This document shows positions 19,250 to 26,542 of a DNA stretch of 64,000 nucleotides, in pieces. Origin of the DNA: an uncultured Fidelibacterota bacterium (GTDB lineage: Bacteria; Fidelibacterota; UBA8477; JABMPR01). A model generated the notes under the pieces. The model searched no databases. It was not told where the DNA came from and saw nothing but the letters and a program-made list of their open reading frames with translations. The stretch spans positions 3,649-67,648 of the forward strand of contig CALBFA010000104.1 in assembly GCA_937888365.1 (NCBI GenBank), in the 5' to 3' direction. The position numbers were made by a program, and so were the translations under genes. Positions within the stretch are counted from its first letter, which is position 1. The number at the start of each line of letters is the position of its first letter.

Positions 19250-20524
19250 ATGCGCTACTCCCAATTAATTAAATACTTTCTCATGTTATTCGTATCAACG
19301 ATTTACGCTCAATCCATTACCAATAATTTTGCCATAGGAAGTTTATCTTCAAACGGAAATGTTTTTGATGCGGCCATCGCACACTCGGGGGTTGCTTTAT
19401 TAGATACTAATAATTACTCACTTTCAAATCCCGCGTCATGGTATGGTTTTAAAAAAGTTGCTTTTACAACTATTTTTGATGGCCATAATGTCACAATGAA
19501 CTATGATACGCCGATTTCAAATGGTTTTTCCAGACTAACACAACTTGGTATTTCCTTCCCCTTTGGAAAGCATATTGGCGTTGTCATTGGTTTGGAACCT
19601 GTCTCGAACGTTGATGGTTTTATTGAAAATAATTCAGATGAAGTGAATTATTCACAAGCACAATCTGGTGGACTCAAGCGACTTTACACGGGTATAGGTT
19701 CACGTTATGGTCAAATTTCTTTCGGTGTTAAATATGGTCTTTTAAGTGGGTATCTCGGACAACGAAAGTTAGCAGCCTATAACGATGACAGTTATCGTTG
19801 GGATGCGGTGGAATATGCTGGGAATTCAACAGCAAGTGATATTCAATTGGGTGCCATCTGGGCCGTGAATAACGAAATTAATATTGGACTTAGTTTTTCA
19901 ACACCTCTAAAACAAATTACATACACGGGCGATGCCCAATATTTTAATTATTCCCGAACGCTCACCAATGATGCCAATTATTTAAATTGGGTTTCCTTCA
20001 ACAAAGATAATATTTCCAATACTGGATCGAGTTTGACATTTGAAGAAAATATAGATGCGCTCCCTACTGAAATTAATATTGGTACATCAATTCAATTAGG
20101 AAAAAAACTTTCCGTACAGCTTGCGATTGATCAAAAAATATTCCCCTCAGAAACAACGAATGGACAGAATGCTTTTCTTGTTCCTGTAGGTTGGAAGATG
20201 AACGACTGTTCATCAATTCGCATTGGATTAATTGCGCATGAAAAGCAAAAATATTCCTATAATTATTTTGATAGAATAAAATATGGCGTTGGTTTATACT
20301 ATGGAAATGATTACGTAACAAATGAATCGAGCGACATATCAAATGTATTTAAAATATCAGGTGGACTTAAATTCCCCCTTAGTAAAGATAAATCAACAAT
20401 GAGCTTAAGCGGCTATTGGGGAAATCGTAGTAATTTTGGTGATTTACCCTCCGAGGAACTATTGGGATTTAGTTTGGGTATTAGTGTTAATGAAATATGG
20501 TTTGTAAAAGCCAAAAGAAGATGA
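19250..20524 (+). CDS. Putative FadL/PorV-like outer-membrane beta-barrel protein
   Basis: A signal peptide and an N-terminal NPASW motif (compare NPAG in FadL and PorV) sit in a protein with alternating G/Y/S/N-rich beta-strand composition. Confidence 0.4.
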   Translation: MRYSQLIKYFLMLFVSTIYAQSITNNFAIGSLSSNGNVFDAAIAHSGVALLDTNNYSLSNPASWYGFKKVAFTTIFDGHNVTMNYDTPISNGFSRLTQLGISFPFGKHIGVVIGLEPVSNVDGFIENNSDEVNYSQAQSGGLKRLYTGIGSRYGQISFGVKYGLLSGYLGQRKLAAYNDDSYRWDAVEYAGNSTASDIQLGAIWAVNNEINIGLSFSTPLKQITYTGDAQYFNYSRTLTNDANYLNWVSFNKDNISNTGSSLTFEENIDALPTEINIGTSIQLGKKLSVQLAIDQKIFPSETTNGQNAFLVPVGWKMNDCSSIRIGLIAHEKQKYSYNYFDRIKYGVGLYYGNDYVTNESSDISNVFKISGGLKFPLSKDKSTMSLSGYWGNRSNFGDLPSEELLGFSLGISVNEIWFVKAKRR

Positions 20525-21816
20525 AGGGATTAGAAAGAATGCAAAAGAAATTAGTTTCCATAATAGCAGTGACGATTGTATTAGGAAGCATGGTGTTATC
20601 AGCTTGTCAGCCACCAGGTCCGACTCCAGAGGAACAATTGGCCATGGCAAAAGCTCGGAAAGATTCAGTAAAACAAGCCAACGCCAAGAATTGTATGAAA
20701 TATCTTAGCTTTGGTAATGAATACTATAAAAATAGAAGTTATGAAGATGCTTTGAGAAACTATAATAAACTTTTCCCAATTGAATGTGTTGATGAAAAAT
20801 TAGCACCTTTTGTATATGTTTACATTGCAAATAGCCATCGCGAATTAGGTAATCTTGATTCAGCTTTATATTATTATGATGAAGGATTGGCTGTATTACC
20901 TTCTGATAAATCCTTGCGTGAAAGCAAAATATTTGTTTTAAATAAAATGGATAATCTTGAAGGTGTAATGACTGAAAAAGCACTTTTACTTCATTATGAT
21001 TCAACCAATATCGACCTAGCTTCTGAATTGCTTGATATGTATTTCACAAATGGAATGTATGAAGAATCGCAACATATGGCTTCTTGGATATTGACAAAAG
21101 ATAATGAAAATAGAAATGCGTTGAATTTCCTAAGAGAATCAAAAATAGCTCTAGGTGAAGATATTCTTGATGTTCTAAAACAACGTTATGATGATGATAC
21201 CAGTAACATTGCATCAGCAAGAGATTACGCAGCAGAACTTTTAGATCGAGGCGAATCCGCGATAGCAATGACAGTCCTTGAAAATGCATTGACAAACGCA
21301 CCTGAAGATATTCGAATATTAAAGGTCCTTTCGGACGTTTATTCTGAAGCAGGACAAGCCAATAAATTAATCAAAACATTGAAAAAATTAATTGAACAAG
21401 AACCTAAAGTGGATGCACATTATTATGATTTGACACAAGCCTATGTCAAAGCTGAAAGTTTTAAAAGCGCACTAACATGGGCTGAAGAAGCTATCAATAG
21501 AGACAATACTTCAGGACAAGCTTATGCAAATAGAGCAAAAGTTTATGAAGCAATTGCAAATAAATGCATGGGTGGTGTTCCAGATTTTAGTGATAAACTT
21601 GTCTTTGCCATGGCATTAGAGGACTATCAAAAGGCTTTAAAATTGGGCTATAGAAAAGTGACATCCAAAATTGAATTTCTTGAACAAGCTCGCGTTCCTC
21701 AAAAAGGCGACTGGTTTTTTAATAAAGACGATTATGTCGATAGTCAGGGTAACGCCTCTACCAAAAAAGAATGCTACAATTGGGTAAAGAGAAATATAAA
21801 AGCTCCTAAGAATTAG
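20521..21816 (+). CDS. TPR-repeat lipoprotein
   Basis: A lipoprotein signal (IVLGSMVLSAC) is followed by multiple TPR-like repeats. The ATGA overlap with the upstream gene suggests translational coupling. Alternative starts lie at 20497 and 20539. Confidence 0.55.
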   Translation: MKGLERMQKKLVSIIAVTIVLGSMVLSACQPPGPTPEEQLAMAKARKDSVKQANAKNCMKYLSFGNEYYKNRSYEDALRNYNKLFPIECVDEKLAPFVYVYIANSHRELGNLDSALYYYDEGLAVLPSDKSLRESKIFVLNKMDNLEGVMTEKALLLHYDSTNIDLASELLDMYFTNGMYEESQHMASWILTKDNENRNALNFLRESKIALGEDILDVLKQRYDDDTSNIASARDYAAELLDRGESAIAMTVLENALTNAPEDIRILKVLSDVYSEAGQANKLIKTLKKLIEQEPKVDAHYYDLTQAYVKAESFKSALTWAEEAINRDNTSGQAYANRAKVYEAIANKCMGGVPDFSDKLVFAMALEDYQKALKLGYRKVTSKIEFLEQARVPQKGDWFFNKDDYVDSQGNASTKKECYNWVKRNIKAPKN

Positions 21817-21825
21817 GTTTTAGAC

Positions 21826-22257
21826 GTGCGTATTGCCCTTGGATCGGATCATGCAGGTTTTGAAGCAAAGGAATTATTGATTAAAGCCTTGATTAAAGAT
21901 GGATTTACTATTCTTGATCAAGGCTGTTTTAATACTGACTCCGTTGACTATCCAGATTTTGCCAAAGCTGTTGGTAAAGTGGTAGTAGAAAAACACGCGG
22001 ATGGCGGTGTTCTAATTTGTGGAACGGGTATTGGGATGTCAATTGCGGCAAATAAAGTTGACGGAATACGCGCCGCTCTCGTTACTTCAACCGAACATGC
22101 GCGTCTTTCCAAAGAACACAATAATGCAAACGTAATCTGTATGGGAGCACGTATGCAAACTGTTTCAGAGATGAAAAACTTTGTGGATGTATGGACAAAG
22201 TCTAAATTTGAAGCGGGGAGACATCAACAACGAATTAATAAAATTGAACTAAAGTGA
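21826..22257 (+). CDS. rpiB: Ribose-5-phosphate isomerase B
   Basis: The RpiB/LacAB fold signature is present (GSDHAGFE...ICGTGIGMSIAANK). The start codon is GTG. Confidence 0.88.
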   Translation: MRIALGSDHAGFEAKELLIKALIKDGFTILDQGCFNTDSVDYPDFAKAVGKVVVEKHADGGVLICGTGIGMSIAANKVDGIRAALVTSTEHARLSKEHNNANVICMGARMQTVSEMKNFVDVWTKSKFEAGRHQQRINKIELK

Positions 22258-22263
22258 ATCGAT

Positions 22264-23562
22264 ATGTCTAAATCATTAAAAAATATTGATACTGCAATAT
22301 TTAACTCAATCGTTCGTGAGCGTAATCGCGAAAACGAAACCTTGGAAATGATTGCCTCTGAGAATTTTGTGAGTCAAGCCGTAATGGAAGCTGCGGGTTC
22401 AGTCATGACCAATAAGTACGCCGAAGGTTATCCTGGCAAGCGTTATTATGGTGGTTGTGATGCGGTTGATGAAGCTGAAAATATTGCACGCGAGCGCGTT
22501 CAAAAGCTTTTTAACGCCGAATATTCGAATGTGCAACCTCATTCCGGCTCTCAAGCCAATATGGCGGTTTATTTTACATTTGTAAAACCAGGCGATACTG
22601 TTTTAGGAATGAACCTCGCTCATGGAGGTCATTTAACACATGGAAGCCATGTAAACTTCTCAGGTAAATTTTACACTATTGTTCCTTACGGAGTCAAGGA
22701 GGATACAGGTTACATCGATTACGATCAAGTTCGTGATTTAGCGATGAAGAATAAACCTAAAATGATTATCGCGGGTGGAAGCGCCTATCCAAGACATTAT
22801 GATTTTAAGTTATTCAGGGAAATTGCGGATGAAGTTGGAGCGTATTTAATGGCAGATGTGGCGCATCCCGCTGGATTAATTGCGGCTGAGGAACATCCTT
22901 CACCACTACCATATTGCCACGTTGTGACATCAACGACGCATAAGACCTTACGTGGACCACGAGGTGGACTCATTTTAATGGGCAAAGATTTTGAAAATAG
23001 ATTTGGAATCGTCGCAGCCAAAAGTGGACGGACAAAAATGATGTCCGAATTAGTTGACGCAATGGTAATGCCTGGCATCCAAGGCGGTCCTTTGATGCAT
23101 GTCATCGCTGCAAAAGCCGTAGCATTTGGAGAGGCACTTAAACCTGATTTTAAAACATATGCCAAGCAGGTCATTGCCAATTCTAAAACACTCGCGAGAG
23201 TTTTGCAGGAAAAAGGATTCTACTTAGTTTCCAACGGAACAGATAATCACTTAGTATTAATTGATTTAACCAATAAAGGTATTTCTGGGAAAAAAGCTGA
23301 ACGAGTGTTGGAAGAAGCAGGCATAACCGTGAATAAAAACATGGTTCCCAATGATAAACGAAGTCCCCTCATTACGAGTGGTATTCGTGTCGGAACTGCT
23401 GCTTTGACTACACGAGGTTTTGGTGAAAATGAGATGATTCAAATCGGCAATTTTTTTGATAGGGTCCTTTCAAACCCTGATAATGATACGACTATTGCTA
23501 AAGTTAGATCAGAAATTTCATCTATTGCAGAAAAATTTCCAATGTACCAAGGGATCTATTAA
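22264..23562 (+). CDS. glyA: Serine hydroxymethyltransferase
   Basis: The PLP-lysine region [14 protein letters not shown] is present and the protein is full-length SHMT. Confidence 0.95.
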   Translation: MSKSLKNIDTAIFNSIVRERNRENETLEMIASENFVSQAVMEAAGSVMTNKYAEGYPGKRYYGGCDAVDEAENIARERVQKLFNAEYSNVQPHSGSQANMAVYFTFVKPGDTVLGMNLAHGGHLTHGSHVNFSGKFYTIVPYGVKEDTGYIDYDQVRDLAMKNKPKMIIAGGSAYPRHYDFKLFREIADEVGAYLMADVAHPAGLIAAEEHPSPLPYCHVVTSTTHKTLRGPRGGLILMGKDFENRFGIVAAKSGRTKMMSELVDAMVMPGIQGGPLMHVIAAKAVAFGEALKPDFKTYAKQVIANSKTLARVLQEKGFYLVSNGTDNHLVLIDLTNKGISGKKAERVLEEAGITVNKNMVPNDKRSPLITSGIRVGTAALTTRGFGENEMIQIGNFFDRVLSNPDNDTTIAKVRSEISSIAEKFPMYQGIY

Positions 23563-23565
23563 AAA

Positions 23566-24009
23566 ATGATTTGCCCAAAATGTCAAGCTGATGATACAAA
23601 AGTTATAGATTCTCGCGGCGCACAAAATGGCAAAGCCGTTCGACGAAGACGTCAATGTGTTAAATGCAATTTTAGATTTACAACTTTCGAATATGTAGAA
23701 GTGCAGGCCTTACTCGTTGTTAAAAGTGACAAGCGTCGTGTGCCTCTGGATCGGGGGAAAATTCTTAAAAGTTTGGTTATTGCCTGTAATAAACGCCCTG
23801 TTAGTTATGATGTCTTAATGCAAACGACGAATGATATTATCGCGAGTTTAAATGATAAATCCACTTACGAGATTAAAACCGAAGTCATTGGTGAAGTCGT
23901 CATGGAAGCGTTGAAAAAAATTGATGAAATTGCTTACGTGCGATTTGCTTCTGTTTACCGAAAATTTAAAGATATAACAGAATTCAAAGCCGAATTAGAG
24001 GATCTCTAA
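23566..24009 (+). CDS. nrdR: Transcriptional repressor NrdR (zinc ribbon + ATP-cone)
   Basis: An N-terminal zinc ribbon (CPKCxxxxTKVIDSR...CVKCNFRFTTFE) is followed by an ATP-cone domain. Confidence 0.9.
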   Translation: MICPKCQADDTKVIDSRGAQNGKAVRRRRQCVKCNFRFTTFEYVEVQALLVVKSDKRRVPLDRGKILKSLVIACNKRPVSYDVLMQTTNDIIASLNDKSTYEIKTEVIGEVVMEALKKIDEIAYVRFASVYRKFKDITEFKAELEDL

Positions 24010-24016
24010 CATCTCG

Positions 24017-24748
24017 ATGATTTCCCTCCATAATGTCTCCAAAAGTTTTGACAACATAAATGTCATAAATGATGTTTCACTGCAAGTTATACAGGGACGG
24101 AATACCGTCATTATGGGACGATCAGGCGCAGGGAAGAGCGTCCTTTTGAAGCTCATATTACGACTCCTTGAACCTGATAGTGGCGAGATAAAAATTGATA
24201 ATCTATGCTTAAACAAGATATCAAAATCCGAACTCAATCAACTACGACTTCGATTTGGGACTGTTTTTCAATCCGCAGCTTTATTTGATAGCATGTCAGT
24301 TGCGGACAATGTTGGCATTGGCTTAAGATTTTTGAAACGACAGTCCGAAAGCGAAATAAATAAAAAAGTCAATGAATGCTTAGATATGGTCGAGTTGAAT
24401 AATATTCGAGATAAATATCCTATGCAACTCAGTGGAGGAATGCGAAAGCGCGTAGGTCTTGCACGAGCCGTCGCCATGGACCCTGAATTTATTCTGTATG
24501 ATGAACCTACGACAGGACTCGATCCTGTGACATCCCGCAGTATCGCTAAATTAATTCGTAAACTTCAAAATGAGTTGAATGTAACAAGTGTTATTGTATC
24601 TCATGACCTTCAAACGATTTTCAATGTAGCCGATAAAGTTATTTTATTAAATGAAGGTAAATTTTGTTTTAATGGTACTGTAGAAGCGATTAAATCAAGC
24701 GATAATCCTATTGTGATGGAATTTATAAGTGATATGATAAGTGATTGA
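24017..24748 (+). CDS. ABC transporter ATP-binding protein (MlaF/Ttg2A-like)
   Basis: Walker A (GRSGAGKS), the signature LSGGMRKR and Walker B (ILYDEPTTGLD) are present. No cognate permease lies adjacent. Confidence 0.7.
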   Translation: MISLHNVSKSFDNINVINDVSLQVIQGRNTVIMGRSGAGKSVLLKLILRLLEPDSGEIKIDNLCLNKISKSELNQLRLRFGTVFQSAALFDSMSVADNVGIGLRFLKRQSESEINKKVNECLDMVELNNIRDKYPMQLSGGMRKRVGLARAVAMDPEFILYDEPTTGLDPVTSRSIAKLIRKLQNELNVTSVIVSHDLQTIFNVADKVILLNEGKFCFNGTVEAIKSSDNPIVMEFISDMISD

Positions 24749-24980
24749 TTTGAAAGAGTCCTTATTCGATATTATTCGATGTCCCGTTACTGGTGGGCGT
24801 TTGAGATATGCAACGCATAGTGAAATTAATCCCATTAAAGAAAAAATGAAGGAACTCTATGCTCGTGAAGGAATTGAGTATACGTTGCTTGAAGTATTAG
24901 TGAATGTAAAATTGACGTATGCGTACGGCGTTGTGGACCGTATTCCCGTACTACTAGCAGACAAATGCATAGCCTTATGA
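24741..24980 (+). CDS. Trm112-family small zinc-ribbon-like protein
   Basis: A 79-aa protein carrying IIRCPVTGGRL, a Trm112/DUF343-type motif. The start is GTG and overlaps the ABC ATPase gene. Confidence 0.55.
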   Translation: MIDLKESLFDIIRCPVTGGRLRYATHSEINPIKEKMKELYAREGIEYTLLEVLVNVKLTYAYGVVDRIPVLLADKCIAL

Positions 24981-25153
24981 TTCAGCACACAGGTCAGATT
25001 AAAAGAAATTGCATGATGTATAGCCCCGCCTATATTCGACGCAAGATGGAAGGAGCCAAATAAGATAGATTGTTAAAGGTTTTTGGAAGAGCTCTATGAT
25101 CGTAGCTCAAATAATAATGGAAAACCTTGTAATAGTCTAATGATGGCATCAAG

Positions 25154-25184
25154 CCGGATGATACAAGGTACATTCGGTTTTTTT
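25154..25184 (+). terminator. Intrinsic terminator/attenuator hairpin abutting the porV ribosome-binding site
   Basis: The hairpin CCGGATG-N10-CATTCGG (one G-U pair) is followed by TTTTTTT. The GAGGAA Shine-Dalgarno and porV ATG follow within 21 nt. Confidence 0.5.
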
Positions 25185-25204
25185 CTTTGAAGAGGAATAG
25201 AAAA

Positions 25205-26533
25205 ATGAAAATTAAAATAAGTCAAATCATATTAATCAGTCTTGTATTTACATCAGGACTCTTGGCCCAAAGTACTGCCAGCGCCCTGTTTTTAATGGTA
25301 TCACCTGGTGCCCGTGCTGCAGGAATGGGTGAAGCACAGGTCGCTGTTGCAAACGATAGCTATGCCTCATATTGGAATCCTGCTGGCATGGCGTTTCAAA
25401 AAGGTTACGAGGCATCACTTATGCATGTTCAATGGCTCCCAGGCCTTGCTGATGACATGTATTATGATTTCGTGGGTGGAAGAGTGCCCTATAAAGATGT
25501 CGGCGTTTTTGGTGGACATATTATCTACTTAAATGCTGGAGAACAAATCTGGACCAATGCCCAAAATGAAGTACTTGGATCATTTTATACGTATTTTACG
25601 GCTGCGGCAGGAAGCTTTGCAACCATGCTTTCTGAAAAATCTGCAATCGGTCTAAATTTAAAAATAGTTTATCAGCATTTGGCTGACCCTGATATTTACG
25701 TCGGTACAGAGAAAACAAACCCTACAGCAACATCCTATGCATTTGATGTTGGCTACTTAAAAAAAGATATATTTAATCGCATCGATTTTGGTTTGATGAT
25801 CTCCAATATCGGTCCCAAAGTTATTTTTAATGACGAAGCACAAGCTGACCCAATGCCGACAAATTTTAAGGCAGGTTTAAATGTTGCGGTAATTAAGGAT
25901 ACCTATAATAAACTAAATATTACTTATGATATTAACAAAATGCTCGTTGCATCCTACCCTGCAATGGATTGGGATAACGACGGCTTTGTTGGTGGATATG
26001 ATGAAGAGAAACGCAGTTATATTATCAATGGTAGTGTTGACAAAGGTGACTTTAATAGCGATGGACAAAAAGAAATCGCCCATACGGATTCATGGTATGC
26101 TGCTTTAATCACATCTTGGCTTGATGATTGGTATCTTGGCGGAAATAGAGATTTAGACGGTAATCACATCATTGGTGGATATACTGTTGTTGGCGATTCA
26201 ACAGTTGCTACAACTGGAATAGGATATGGTGAAGCAGGCTACGGCGCATATAATGAATTGGGCAAAAAAGAAGTCGGCAATAAAGATGACTATACTTTCA
26301 CCAATGAGCTCGAATCTATCGTTCACAATGTTGGTATCGAATACTGGTATAATGACATTTTTGCAGTACGAGGTGGTTTTTACTATGACCAACTTGGTAA
26401 AATTTCGGCTCCTACTTATGGTCTTGGTCTCCGTTATGCAAATTATGGCTTTGATTTTGGCTACACTGATGGAAAAGAAGGTCATCCTCTTACCAATACG
26501 ATGAGATTTTCCCTTACAATAGCTTTCGATTAA
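25205..26533 (+). CDS. porV: Type IX secretion system outer-membrane shuttle protein PorV (LptO), FadL-like beta-barrel
   Basis: A signal peptide and the N-terminal PorV signature (GMGEAQVAVANDSYASYWNPAGMAF) are present, and a T9SS CTD cargo gene lies immediately downstream. The ATG at 25205 with an RBS is preferred over the TTG at 25187. Confidence 0.75.
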   Translation: MKIKISQIILISLVFTSGLLAQSTASALFLMVSPGARAAGMGEAQVAVANDSYASYWNPAGMAFQKGYEASLMHVQWLPGLADDMYYDFVGGRVPYKDVGVFGGHIIYLNAGEQIWTNAQNEVLGSFYTYFTAAAGSFATMLSEKSAIGLNLKIVYQHLADPDIYVGTEKTNPTATSYAFDVGYLKKDIFNRIDFGLMISNIGPKVIFNDEAQADPMPTNFKAGLNVAVIKDTYNKLNITYDINKMLVASYPAMDWDNDGFVGGYDEEKRSYIINGSVDKGDFNSDGQKEIAHTDSWYAALITSWLDDWYLGGNRDLDGNHIIGGYTVVGDSTVATTGIGYGEAGYGAYNELGKKEVGNKDDYTFTNELESIVHNVGIEYWYNDIFAVRGGFYYDQLGKISAPTYGLGLRYANYGFDFGYTDGKEGHPLTNTMRFSLTIAFD

Positions 26534-26542
26534 TCACTTTTT

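Noticed and set aside
24990-25090. SRP (4.5S) RNA-like words CAGGTCAG and GGAAGGAGCC
   Set aside because: The two motifs are ~50 nt apart instead of contiguous in a single domain-IV hairpin, and no complementary 5'/3' closing helix was found. I kept it only as a generic structured-leader candidate.
25187-25204. A TTG start for porV giving the N-terminus MKRNRKM
   Set aside because: It would begin inside the terminator U-tract. The ATG at 25205 has a GAGGAA Shine-Dalgarno 8 nt upstream and begins the signal peptide.
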